From the NCBI RefSeq assembly GCF_001194135.2, contig NC_068990.1:11433973-11497972 (forward strand): a DNA stretch of 64,000 nt, in the 5' to 3' direction. Below, in pieces: positions 12,401-24,902 of the stretch. The position numbers and the translations under genes were made by a program. Numbering within the stretch: position 1 is the first letter of the stretch; the number at the start of each line of letters is the position of its first letter. The notes below the pieces were generated by a model. The model ran no database searches and was not told the origin of the DNA. It saw only the letters and a list, made by a program, of their open reading frames with translations. Source of the stretch: Octopus bimaculoides. Lineage: Eukaryota.

Positions 12401-12924
12401 ACCTGGGGTTACGCAGCAGCAATGCTTGAATGACAGACAATTTCTAGGAAGTTATTAAAAAAATTAATATTATTTGTATTATTAAGGCACAGAAGTGGCT
12501 GCATGGTAAGTAGCTTACTTCCCAATCACACGGTCCCTCCAGGTGGTTTGCTTGACTTGCTAGAAATAACAGTCAAATCTTCTCTCAAATCACGTTTTAC
12601 CATTTTAAAAGAAACATGGAATGAAATGTAAATAGTCTAATGTATTATCTCACTTCTCTTCCTATTCCTGACTGTTATTGTCATCATCATCGTCATCATC
12701 ATCATTTTACATTGTTGTTTCCATGCTGGCATGTGTTGAAGCAGTATCTTATATTCTTTTATTCCCCTATTCATTTCACTTATGTGGCTACAGTCATGCT
12801 GGAGCACCACCATGTAGGTTGGGTACCCTTTCTGTCAATAATCTGTTTAGTGACCTCTTGTAATACGCAGAGACACAGTGACTCTATGCTAAAATGAGGA
12901 CACATATAGTGAGTTTGAGACACA

Positions 12925-13097
12925 ATAGACATTGGTGTGACAGTGTGGTAAGATGCCTGCTTTCCAATTACATAGTTCTGGGTTCAGTCCCTCTGCATGC
13001 CACTTTGGGCAAGTGTCTTCTGTTATAGCCTCACGCTGACTAAAGCCTTGTGAGTGAATTTGATAGACGGAAATTGAAAGAAGCTCATCACACACAC

Positions 13098-13135
<38 letters not shown>

Positions 13136-13350
13136 TTGTCTTCCACCATTGCTTGGCAACCAGTGTTGGTGTGTTTACATCCCCATAACTTAGCAAAAGA
13201 GACCGACAGAAGAGACCAGGCTCAACAAAAATACAATAAACAAAACCAAACAAATATTGGTGTCGATTCATTTGACTATAATTCTTGAAGCTGGTGCTCC
13301 TGCATGGCCACAGTTTAACAACGACCTGAAACAAGTAAAAGGCAAAAGAT
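12925..13350 (+). mobile_element. SINE family A, diverged full-length copy
   Basis: Head, internal (TG)n and tail present in order. Confidence 0.8.
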
Positions 13351-14580
13351 ATGTCTGACGGCAAAAGGAAGAACTAAATAACTTTCAATCATAAAATTTA
13401 CTCGACCAGGGAGTTGACCCGTGGTTAAACAACAACAAGTGAACGAGTGAACTGCGACAATGCTGAATGATGTGTCCTACTTTGCACCATCACAAAGCAT
13501 CTGTGATAGATTGTAAATCGCTGACTTCATTAAGAGATAGTCTGCTTGTGACCAAAATTCTTTGTTTTACTTGCGCCATCACATTTTATTTCAACAGTTT
13601 TGCAAGGCTGAGGTTTCACAAATATTTGATAATCCACCTTTTTGTACTTTTTCATTGAAACTGATTTCATCTGATTTCAACTGATTGATTCATTGATTCA
13701 TTGATTCGCTGATTTGGTCATTGATTCATTGATCAAAGCTCTTGATCTCTGTTTAGTTCTTTGTTCTCTTCTTATTGATATTTTTGCCTCCCTTCTTTTC
13801 CTTTATCCTTTACGCCATCTCTCCCAGCAATTGCAATACCACCACCACCACCACCACCACTAACACCACCACCATACCACTAACACCACAATTGTCAATA
13901 ACTATAATGACCAGCTAATGAAGCCGTCCCTATGCGGTAGCTCAACCAACTAGGAATAGCAGCCAAATCTGTTTTGTTTAACCCTTTAGCGATTAAACCA
14001 GTCATATCTGCCCTAAATATTCTACTTGTTTTATATTTGAACCAACCAGATCTGGCCCCTCATACTTATCCAACAATGTTGTTCTAAAAATATACCAATA
14101 TTTCATCGAAAACCACAAACTATGAAATATCTTTTATCTATTACTTTTGACTCATTTCAGTCATTAGAATGTGGCCATGCTGGGGCACCACCTTGCAGAA
14201 TTTTTAGCCAAAAGTATCAACCCCCAGTACTTACTTTTTTTTATGACTCTGGTTTTTCTTCTATCAGTCCCTTTTGCCGAACCACCAAGTTACAAGAATG
14301 TATACACACCGGCATTTTGTGTATTATTCAAGTATAACATATTCATGTGCACATAAATTTTAACTTAAAAATCTTATACAGACTCCCAATGGTCACATTC
14401 AGTCGTGTAGTTTGAACTATGTTAAATGCTAGAAAAAGAAACTTAGCTCTTTCTTGCAAGAAATACATCTAAAGCAAAATTTTTTCGTTGACCCCTAAAA
14501 TACTATTGCAGATCCTCAAATTACTCTTTTCCTTGCATGGATTCCCCAAAATCTTATATGAACCCCACTGGTGTCATATG

Positions 14581-14956
14581 TGGAGACGCATGGCTTAGTG
14601 GTTAGAGTCTTAGACTCATGATCGTAATATTGTGGTTTCAACTTTTAGGGTTGATAAATTAAGCACCAGTTGCATACTGCGGTCGATCTAATCGACTGAC
14701 CTCGCTCCCTGCAAAATTTCAGGCGTTGTGCCTAGAGTAGAAAAGAATATTGTGGTTTCAATTCCTGAACCAAGTGACACATTGGGTTCTTGAGCAAAAC
14801 ACTTCTTTTCACACTGCTGGAGTTCACTCAGCTGGCAAAAGGGAGCAATTCTGTGATGGACTGGCATCCTATCCAGGTGGGGAATTTACTCACCATGGAA
14901 ACTGGGAAACCAGCCCTTATCAGTCAGCATGACTTGAGATGATAACCTAACCTTTA
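14581..14956 (+). mobile_element. SINE family D with 11-bp TSD, carrying a nested SINE-B fragment
   Basis: TSD GGTGTCATATG at 14570-14580 and 14957-14967; nested piece 14642-14745 flanked by AATATTGTGGTTTCAA at 14626-14641 and 14746-14761. Confidence 0.8.
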
Positions 14957-15067
14957 GGTGTCATATGGACCCTGGTTGAGAATCACTGATCTAAAACGAA
15001 AACTTCTTCTTTGCGCTGCTTGATCACCTCTGCACCTGGGTCAGTTTTCTTTTATAATTTTTTCAAG

Positions 15068-15171
15068 TGAGAAGGCAATGCCCCATGGAGGTTTACAAGG
15101 GCTCTGGGACTGGTGGAATGGAAAAGGGAAAGTATCCTCAACCTAGAGATTCAACACATACGTTTGAATTA
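15068..15171 (+). other. Candidate coding exon (104 bp, phase 1 to 0)
   Basis: Strong acceptor ttttctttataattttttcaag and donor TTA|gtgagg; open frame xRRQCPMEVYKGSGTGGMEKGKYPQPRDSTHTFEL; protein not recognised. Confidence 0.3.
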
Positions 15172-15183
15172 GTGAGGATCCCA

Positions 15184-15632
15184 TTAATTCTTTAGCTTTG
15201 AAACCGACCATATCCAGCCAAAATATGCTACATGTTTTATGTTCAAACTGGCCAGATCCGGCCTCTCACACATACCCTACAATTTCATTGTAAAAATAAA
15301 CCATGATGTCCTTGAATTCTTTAAGCTACAATATCATGCATGATTAATGCAAAACAATGTGAATAAGTAAGCTATACATTTGGAAGAATAATCTGAATGC
15401 TGAAGGGTTAATCCTTTAGCATTTAAACCAGCCATATCTGGCCCAAATAATCTACCTGTATTATCTTCTAACTGGCAAGATCTGGCCTCTCCCATTTACC
15501 CTACAATATTATTCTAAAAATAAACAATGGCATCATTTAAATCTCAAAGCTTCAAAGCGATGCAGGACTAATTCCTATCAGTGTAGGTAAATAAGTATTT
15601 CGTTTGACAGAGAAATTTGAATGCTAAAAGGT
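15184..15632. mobile_element. Two head-to-tail piggyBac-like MITEs (~225 bp each); a partial third copy at 13978-14115
   Basis: Termini resemble TTAA-CCCTTTAGCATT...AATGCTAAAGGG-TTAA; the junction GAAGGG TTAA TCCTTTAGC shares one TTAA. Confidence 0.65.
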
Positions 15633-16529
15633 CAAAGGTACCTAAGAGTCAGATGGAAATGTTAAGCCAAGCAATAGCTTAAGATGATATCAAAAGCCGA
15701 GAACAGATTAGGGCCACAGCCTATAAAACAAATACCACTGATCCAGTTTCAGTGGCAGCCAGAGCCTCGAAAAGAAATTTGTCAAAGCCAAACAAAGCTA
15801 CTTTCTGAGTGCTAGGAGGGTGAGTGATCTTTTCACAATTTTTTAATATAATTCCTAATGATATTTTACTAGCGGGACCCATGAATATTTCACAGAATTA
15901 ATGGTAAACCTATTGGGTTATGTCTGAAAACTTTATCCAAAAACAACCTGAAAGTGTAGCCTATTTTGTGTCTGTATGGAACGATAGTCGCTCATCTGCT
16001 ATTCATCAAAAAATGGAAGAAATTGGAATACGATGATTACTTAATGCACTTTATATATACTTTATATACTTTATGGACAATTTTATAGACTTAATACACT
16101 GCACTCATGTAATAAATATTCGCTCTTATTTTACCATTTTTCCTCATAAACAAAAAAAAATATTACGTATATATGGTACAACCTTTAGTTAAATTGCATA
16201 TATATCTACCACATAAATAAGCATGAATATTTCATGGAATTGCACTTATGCGCAAGCATTAAGTTATAGGTGTTATAAAAAACTTAGTTCAATTTAAAAA
16301 ACAAAATACACTTTTCTCTTTCTATACGCAACCACCACCTCCATCTCCATCACCACCATCATCATCATCTCTCTCTCTCTCTCTCGTCTTCACCTTATCC
16401 TCTTTTTCTCTCTCCTTTTTCTTTCTTCTTTCTTTCCCTTCGACTAATCATGTGAAAGCGTTACAATTACATCTCCTCTACCTCGCATCATGGCTGCTTC
16501 TCTCTCCCTCTTTTTCTCTCTCCTTCTTT

Positions 16530-16690
16530 TTCTACCACCCTCATTTTCCCCTCCCTCATTTTCTCTCTCTCCCTCTCTTTTTGTCTCTCCCTCATTTTCT
16601 CTCTCCCTCTTTTTCTCCCTCCCTCATTTTCTCTCTCTCTCTCTCTCTCTCTCCCCTCTCTCTCTCTCTTTTTGTCTCTCCCTCTTTTCC
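16530..16690. repeat. Pyrimidine-rich minisatellite (CCCTCATTTTCTCTCT... units)
   Basis: CCCTCATTTT recurs about 4 times within (CT)n. Confidence 0.85.
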
Positions 16691-17479
16691 TCTAATCACA
16701 GGAAAGTGTTACTGAAGGGCTAAGTAATGCAATGACAGACAAAATTAAGATCATAAAAATATAAGGGAATTTTATATAAATTGAACGGCTGTAAGGGTCC
16801 ACCTGAGTAAAATAAGAACCAAAGGGGTCCATAGATAAAAAAAAAAAAAAAGGGTTGAGAAGCATTGTCTCACATGGCAATTTAAACTACTAGAAATAAC
16901 AGCCAAATCTCTCTGAAATCATTCTGTCTTCAGAAAGGAGGGACAATCTCTCAGATGATGTAGTTCTAGATATGCTGTAATGTCTATGAATAAAATACAC
17001 TAGCTCATTAGGGATCTTGAGAATCGAAAGTAATCATAAGGCTGACCTGGGGCTAAAGAGCAACAACTATTTCAATTGTCTATCATTGTGTTAAAGGTCA
17101 TGCTTGAGTTCATTGACCAAAGCTATTGAAATACAACAATAACAACAACAGCAAGAACAAGTAATGGGAAAAAAACATATTTAAATATCAACAAACCAAC
17201 AGAAAATTAAATTACAATACATAACACTCCCCCCCCCCTGACACCACCACCACCCACTTCCACACTCCCCTATCCCACCTTAGCAAAACAATGAAAATGT
17301 AGAAAAATGGAACAAAAAAAAAGAAAAGAATGAAAAAAAAAAGAAAAGAAAAAGAAAAAGAAAACTAATTAAGAAAATCAAATCAAATGAAGAATAGTAA
17401 TTTTGCATGGCTAATATTCAAATTAGTATGATTGGAATAACACATCCTTATCGATAATACTATCATGATCAACATGATC

Positions 17480-18530
17480 AACATTGCCATCATCATCATC
17501 ATCATCATCATCATCATTATCATCATCATCATCTTCATCATCATCATTTTCCTTCTCACCACTAACACCACTGCCACTGCTGCCACCAGTACCACCATCC
17601 TCATCACAACTACCGCCATCATCACCATCTCTCCATCCTTCTCCTCGTCCCCCATCATCATCATCATCATGGTAAACAAGAGGAGAATGACAATAATGAT
17701 TTATCATAGCTGCAATGATTAATGGCTGTGATGAGGTTGAGATGAGGATGGTGATGGTGCTGGTGGGGGTGATGGAATTAGTTACATTAATAGAGATGGG
17801 TGAGGGGTGTGAGGTGGGTGGTAGTGGTTGTAACAGTAGCAGCAGCAATAGTTGTGGTGGTGGTTGTGGTGGTGGTTGTGGTGGTGGTTGTGGTGGTNNN
17901 NNNNNNNNNNNNNNNNNNNNNNNNNNNNNNNNNNNNNNNNNNNNNNNNNNNNNNNNNNNNNNNNNNNNNNNNNNNNNNNNNNNNNNNNNNNNNNNNNNNN
18001 NNNNNNNNNNNNNNNNNNNNNNNNNNNNNNNNNNNNNNNNNNNNNNNNNNNNNNNNNNNNNNNNNNNNNNNNNNNNNNNNNNNNNNNNNNNNNNNNNNNN
18101 NNNNNNNNNNNNNNNNNNNNNNNNNNNNNNNNNNNNNNNNNNNNNNNNNNNNNNNNNNNNNNNNNNNNNNNNNNNNNNNNNNNNNNNNNNNNNNNNNNNN
18201 NNNNNNNNNNNNNNNNNNNNNNNNNNNNNNNNNNNNNNNNNNNNNNNNNGTGGTGGTAGTGGTGGTGGTGGTGGTGGTGGGTTGTGATGGTAGGGGTTGT
18301 GGTGCTGGTGGTGCTGGTGGAAGTGGTGGTGCTGGTGCTGGTGGTGCTGGTGGTGCTGGTGGTGGTTCTGGTTTTGGTGGTGGTGGAGTACAGTGGTATC
18401 AGCAATGGTGGTAGTGATAGCAGTGGATGGTGACAATGGTGCTGGTGTTGGTGGTGCTGCTACTGGTAGCAATGGCTCAGGTGGTAGTGGTGCTGCTGCT
18501 GCTGCAGCTGGTGTTGATATGACGCTGGTG
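17480..18530. repeat. Triplet low-complexity region around an N gap
   Basis: (CAT)n, (GGT)n and (GCTGGT)n. Confidence 0.9.
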
Positions 18531-18559
18531 TTAACAATAGTTATGTCTACCATAAAATT

Positions 18560-19510
18560 GCAAGATGGCAGCATCATTAGCAAACTAGGCAAAATACTTA
18601 GCACAAGGTCAATCATCTTTATGTTCCAAGTTCAAATTCCATCAAGGTCAAATTTGCTTTTCATCCTTTTGAGGTCAATAAAATAAATACCATTTGATTA
18701 TTGGGGTCGATGTTATTGATTTATTTCCTCCATCATAATTACAGACCTTGTGCTAAAATTTGAAACTGAAATCAATATTCATAATTATTGTAAGATAGGG
18801 AGCTGGCAGAATCGTTAGCATGCCAGGTAAAATACCTGATAACATTTCATCTGTTTTAAGTTCTTAGTTCAAATTCCATCAACGTTGAATTTGCCGTTTA
18901 TCCTTACGGGGGTTGATTTAAACAAGTACCAGTTTGAACAGCGGGGGCAATGTAATTAACTTACCCCTTCCTCAGAACTGTCGTCTTTATCCCCAAAATT
19001 TGAGACCCATATCTATGGTTGGTGAAAGGTGGTCAGCTGGCAGAATTGTAAGCATACATAACACGTCTCCCCACTCTCATAAATTTGAGACCTATATTTA
19101 TGGTTACTGAAAGGCAGCGAGCTGGCAGAATCGTTAGCATGCCGGGCGAAATGCTTAGAGGCATTTCATCCTTTCAAAGTCTAAACAATTAGTACCAGTT
19201 TCAAAAGTGGGATCAATGTAATTGACTTACTCCTCTCTCGAAATTGCTGGCCTTGTGTCAAAAATATGAAACCAATTTTGCAATATGGCCCAAGGTGGAA
19301 AGCTGAAAGAATCATTAGCATGACAAACAGAATGCTTCATGACATTTCGTCACCCTTTACATTCTGAGTTCAAATGCCACCAAAGTCAACTTTGCCTTTT
19401 ATCCTTTCAGGGACAATAAAGCAAGTACCAGTTGATTACTGGGGTTGATATAATTGATTTATCTTCTCCCACAAAATTGCTGGCCTTGTGCCAAAGTTTG
19501 AAGCCGATAT
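18560..19510 (+). mobile_element. Head-to-tail array of about 5 diverged SINE family B copies
   Basis: Recurring GAGCTGGCAGAATCGTTAGCA...GAGTTCAAAT...TTTGCCTTTCATCCTTT...AAGTACCAG...TTTGAAACC, period roughly 200-240 bp. Confidence 0.8.
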
Positions 19511-19647
19511 CTATATTTATTGTTGAGAGTAACAGTTGTAGGGGTCATGACGATGATGGCAGTGTTGTCACAAAAGTGGTGAAGGTTGTATTATTTTGGA
19601 TCACCATACCATCTTAAACCATGGCTGCACAGGGCTATTGCCTAAAG

Positions 19648-19859
19648 CAGGGGCTCCCAGACCTTTTAGACCATCAGTCCCCTTTCATGGATTCTTTGAC
19701 ACTTCCTTGAGCCTTCCTAACCCAGGCATGTACAAGAAAATAAAACAAAATAATAAATAATAATAATTAAGTAAATGTGCATTTATCAACCTCTTAAATA
19801 GTTCCACTGACCTCCACCCACCCACTAAGGGTCGATATCGATCACTTTGGAGACCCCTG
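19648..19859. mobile_element. hAT-type MITE with perfect 8-bp TSD
   Basis: Termini CAGGGGCTCCCAG / TGGAGACCCCTG; TSD GCCTAAAG at 19640-19647 and 19860-19867. Confidence 0.85.
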
Positions 19860-19940
19860 GCCTAAAGGCTTCTCCTTCTCCTAATGAGATAGCATCCCAA
19901 TGGCAAACTACATATGCTATAGTTTGCAATCAATTAATAG

Positions 19941-20330
19941 GTGCAGGCGTGGCTGTATGGTAAGTAGCTTGCTTACCAACCACATGGTTCCGGGTTCAGT
20001 CCCACTGCGTGGCACCTTGTGCAAGTGTCTTCTCCTACAGCTTCGGATTGACCAAGGGCTTGTGAGTGGATTTGATAGACGGAAACTGAAAGAAGCCCAT
20101 CACATACATATATATATATATATGTGTTTGTGTGTTTTTGTGTCTGTGTTCCCCCACCACCACCATCGCTTGACAACCGATGTTGCCGTGTTCATGTCCC
20201 TGTAACTTAGCAGTTCGGCAAAAGAGACTGATAAATTAAATACTAGGCTTACAAAGAATAAGGGGCCGATGTGTTCGAGTAAAGGCAGTGCTCCTGCATG
20301 GCCACAGTCAAACGACCGAAACAAATAAAT
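19941..20330 (+). mobile_element. SINE family A, full length
   Basis: A-box/B-box head, short internal (TA)(TG) linker and complete tail. Confidence 0.9.
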
Positions 20331-20699
20331 AGAGGTGGGGTACCATACATTGTTTTACTCAGAAAATCTTTGATGCTATTAAGATGGCTATCAGTGGTAG
20401 CAGTTATTGAGATGCTGATTGTTGTGATGTCATCATTAATGGGGGCGGGGATCATCAGTGATAGTGAGTAAGGGTGTCTGATGGATGTTGCTGTTATTTA
20501 AACCCCAGGCCTTCACTGACTGGAAAGGTGTTCTTTCTCTTTAAAATAGCAGAGTTTGATAGAAAGGTATTTGGTTACTGTTTCTAGCTTGTCAAGCAAA
20601 TGCGTCGCCGTTGTTGCGCTGTTGGTTTATGTAATGATTGTGTTGGGAGTGTGTTGGTGGTAGTGGGGGCAATGGTGACCGAGATAACGATGATTGCAG

Positions 20700-20703
20700 G
20701 GGA

Positions 20704-20746
<43 letters not shown>

Positions 20747-21686
20747 ATGATGATTAGACTGGTTATGATTAGGATGGCAACAGCTTTAATGTTGATGATT
20801 TGGTGGTGGTGGTGGTGGTGGTGGTGGTGGACAAAGATGATGATGGTGGTGATGGAGATAATTATGATGATGATNNNNNNNNNNNNNNNNNNNNNNNNNN
20901 NNNNNNNNNNNNNNNNNNNNNNNNNNNNNNNNNNNNNNNNNNNNNNNNNNNNNNNNNNNNNNNNNNNNNNNNNNNNNNNNNNNNNNNNNNNNNNNNNNNN
21001 NNNNNNNNNNNNNNNNNNNNNNNNNNNNNNNNNNNNNNNNNNNNNNNNNNNNNNNNNNNNNNNNNNNNNNNNNNNNNNNNNNNNNNNNNNNNNNNNNNNN
21101 NNNNNNNNNNNNNNNNNNNNNNNNNNNNNNNNNNNNNNNNNNNNNNNNNNNNNNNNNNNNNNNNNNNNNNNNNNNNNNNNNNNNNNNNNNNNNNNNNNNN
21201 NNNNNNNNNNNNNNNNNNNNNNNNNNNNNNNNNNNNNNNNNNNNNNNNNNNNNNNNNNNNNNNNNNNNNNNNNNNNNNNNNNNNNNNNNNNNNNNNNNNN
21301 NNNNNNNNNNNNNNNNNNNNNNNNNNNNNNNNNNNNNNNNNNNNNNNNNNNNNNNNNNNNNNNNNNNNNNNNNNNNNNNNNNNNNNNNNNNNNNNNNNNN
21401 NNNNNNNNNNNNNNNNNNNNNNNNNNNNNNNNNNNNNNNNNNNNNNNNNNNNNNNNNNNNNNNNNNNNNNNNNNNNNNNNNNNNNNNNNNNNNNNNNNNN
21501 NNNNNNNNNNNNNNNNNNNNNNNNNNNNNNNNNNNNNNNNNNNNNNNNNNNNNNNNNNNNNNNNNNNNNNNNNNNNNNNNNNNNNNNNNNNNNNNNNNNN
21601 NNNNATCATCGTCATCATCATCATCGTCATCACCATCATCATCATCGTCATCACCATCATCGTCATCATCATCATCATCATCGTCG

Positions 21687-21735
<49 letters not shown>

Positions 21736-21900
21736 TATCATCATCATCGTTCTTGTCATCCTTAGCATCCTTACCACCATAATCCTTATCATCAGCAGCA
21801 GCCTCACCACCATCCATCATTACCTCCGCCACCACCACCACCACCAGTCCATCACCATCATCATCAGTATTAATCTCATTATCAACAACAACAACAACAA
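20700..21900. repeat. (GCT)/(GAT)/(GGT)/(CAT) microsatellite block spanning an N gap
   Basis: Direct reading. Confidence 0.9.
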
Positions 21901-22769
21901 AGACAAATATCAAATGGTCAAATATTTTCTCTTTATGGTTTTCATATTTTCTAATTACACATATGGTTATTTGTCTGTGTTTTTAAAAACGTTATATTTA
22001 TTGTCCTTGTTGCTGTTTTGTAGCTCCAAGGTTAGCTCTGATCAAACAGACTCAAAATCCAATGCATTCCAGCCATGACCACCCCTGTTTTTCTTAGACA
22101 GTGTAATTCAGCAAAATACATTGTCCATATTTTTATCTGTTACCATAAACATGTGTGTATGTGTGTATATTTACCTGTATCTGAGTGTGTCCGTGTGTCC
22201 ATGTGTCCGTGTGCATTTCTATCTATGTTTGTATTCGTGTGTGCATTTGTGTCTCTGCATGTGCATGTGTGTGTATGTGTGTGCATCCTAAAAGGGAGGA
22301 TGTCTTGCCAGAAAACTAGTTTAAGATGAACAAAAATATAATTGTAATGTTCTCTGCTTCAGTGTATGCCAGTCCTACTTAAAGCGGTCCACGGACCAGT
22401 GCTGGTCCATGAGCCATCAGGTGCCAGTACACAGCGAGTTTCCAGAAAAGAAACATAATAAAAAATGCTCATGCAATATTATATTATTTGTTTGCAAAAT
22501 AAATATAAGATAAAAAAATTATCAACTTTTATTATATTCATTGTATATTGTTTCTGGTATAAATTAATATTACTAAGAAATATTACAGATTCCTGGCACA
22601 CTGGCAAAATAACTGCCAGTACGTCACATCAGATAGTTTGAGAAACACTGGTGTATACCATACAGCAATAGGCTACAGCAAGAGGTGAGGCACACTGAGA
22701 CCCATAAGAAGTCTTGACAAGAAGTGAATGCTACATGATACATTGCTATCAACACATATATGGAAAAAG

Positions 22770-23160
22770 GCATGGCTGTGTCATAAGCTTGCTTCCCAAC
22801 CACATTGTTCTGGGTTCAGCCCCACTGCATAACACCTTGGGAAAGTATCTTCTATTACAGCCTCAGGCTGACTAAAGCCTTGTGAGTGGATTTGGTTGAC
22901 GGAAACTGAACGAAGCCCGTCGTATAAGTGTGTGTGTATATTTGTGTCTGTGTTTGTCCCCCCCCCCACCATTGTTTGACAACCGATGTTGGTGTGTTTA
23001 TGTCCCTATAAGTTAGCAGTTCGGCAAAGAAGCCCAATAGAATAAGTATTAGGCCTACAAAGAATAAGTCCTGAGTTTGATTTGTTCCACTAAAGACGGT
23101 GCTCCAGCATGGTCACAGTCAGATGACTAAAACAAGTAAAGGAATGAAAGAAAAAAGAAT
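22770..23160 (+). mobile_element. SINE family A, near full length
   Basis: Matches 19941-20330. Confidence 0.85.
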
Positions 23161-23181
23161 GAAAATATTGATGCAGCAAAC

Positions 23182-23397
23182 TGTTGTGGCGAGAGTCATT
23201 GACAGCCCTGGGGGATTGGGTGAATGGACAAGCCGTACTCTTATAAAGAGTAGCATATTGCTTGAGACAAGAGGTTGGTAGGAGTCGTGGAGAGAGCGTT
23301 TTAGAGTCTCGAAAAGTACGTCGTGTGAACACATTAATTTTACGTCCGCTCTGTTAAATTATATATTCAACGGTTGTCTAGCATATAAAAGTGGCGA
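23182..23397 (+). mobile_element. Probable 5' LTR and primer-binding site of a Ty3/Gypsy element
   Basis: Starts TGTTGTGG, ends ...GCATATAAAA, followed by TGGCGA at 23392 just upstream of gag; no matching 3' LTR seen. Confidence 0.55.
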
Positions 23398-23469
23398 AAA
23401 GATATTTGAAGCTTGAGTCGGACGTTAAAATTGTTTTTTCGTACGAAATCGAAGAAAAAATCATTAACA

Positions 23470-24327
23470 TGGAAGACGTATTGGCTTGCATGATGCACTT
23501 GCAACAACTACAACAGCAATAACAAAACCAACAGTTACTGGAAGTAATGTTGATGAAATATGAAAATACTTTAGGTTCGTCCTCGTCAGGCGGCGTAGCA
23601 AACTCAATTGGAGAATTTATTTATAGTCCAGAAACTTACTTTTTCTGCATATTTTAGAAGATGCGAAGATATCTTTAAAGAAGAATATAAAAATTGGAAT
23701 GACGAGAAGTTGCGACTACTTTTAAGAAAGTTATCCCACAACGAACAGGAAAAATACTGTAATTATATTCTGCCGAAGAAACCAGGTGAAATTTGTTTCG
23801 ATGAAACAATTAATTTATTATTGAGAATTTTCAGTGAAAGAAGTTCCCTGTTCAAAATTCGTTAGCAGTGTTTAAATTTAGTTAAAAACGATGAGGTTTT
23901 CGTCATCTGTGCTGGGGACGTTAATAAAGAGTTTGAAAGAAATTAAAATTAAATGAATTAACCCCGGATTTGTTCAAATGTCTAATTTTTTTGTTCAGGG
24001 GTTAACTGCAAGAATAGATGCATATGTACATTCCTGTATATTAACAAAATTAGAACGGGACCAAAAATTAACTCTACAGGCAGTGGCTGAAGAATGCCAG
24101 AGGATTATAAATTTAAGACATGACGCGGATAAAACTGAAGAAAAAGATTTCTCTTGGATACATGCCTGACGACCTGAAAACGGATAAGAAAATGGAAAAA
24201 CGAACGTCAAGACCAAATCCATGCCATGGATGTGGAAATTTACATTTTAGAAGTAATTGTCCTTTTAAAAATTATAACTGTTTTGAGTGTGGAAAAATCG
24301 GACATAAAAGCTCACGTTGTATAGCGA
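23470..24327 (+). pseudogene. gag: Ty3/Gypsy (Mag-type) gag, frameshifted
   Basis: FSAYFRRCEDIFKEE..LRLLLRKLSHNEQEKYCNYILPKKP..FDETI..L..IFSERSSLF and tandem zinc knuckles CHGCGNLHFRSNC / CFECGKIGHKSSRC. Confidence 0.85.
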
Positions 24328-24902
24328 GATCATGACATTGAAGAATCGGCGAAAGCATGCAGAGGGTTGCCTTAGCAACTGTGGCTAAAAATATGTTCCA
24401 TGGTCCGGACTGCATATTGACTATGCAAGTCCACTTGTATAGCCAAAATAGAGGCGAAATTTCAAGTGAAAGAAAACGCTATACCGGTATTTAAACCAAA
24501 ACGAATGGTACCTTTCGCAGTGTTGAAACAAGTCAACGAAGAATTGGATAAACTTGAAAAGCTTGGCGTTATTGAAAAAATTGATTACACAGAATGGAAC
24601 CGTTTTAAAATTTTCTGAATTCGTCTGACATAAACTGAATGCCATTATCAGATACAATGGCATCAAGAATACCATACCTAGTGAACAATTCGTGTAAAAA
24701 GCTTACTGTAACCGAAGATGTTAGCATTTTATACTTATGCACTTCTGGCCACTTTGAAAAACTATCCACCACCACAAGGTAATATGAACCCTTAAGTGAA
24801 CCTGCATAGTTAATATGCAGTCCGGACCATGGAACATATTTTTAGCCACAGTTGCTAAGGCAACCCTCTGCATGCTTTCGCCGATTCTTCAATGTCATGA
24901 TC
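24328..24902. repeat. 109-bp inverted repeat of integrase sequence (arms 24328-24436 and 24794-24902)
   Basis: Arms are reverse complements with 3 mismatches; 357-bp spacer. Confidence 0.95.
24440..24598 (+). pseudogene. pol: Gypsy RT N-terminal fragment
   Basis: AKFQVKENAIPVFKPKRMVPFAVLKQVNEELDKLEKLGVIEKIDYTEW. Confidence 0.8.

Noticed and set aside
24165-24185. CTGACGA-CCT-GAAA in gag
   Set aside because: No helices; chance match in coding sequence
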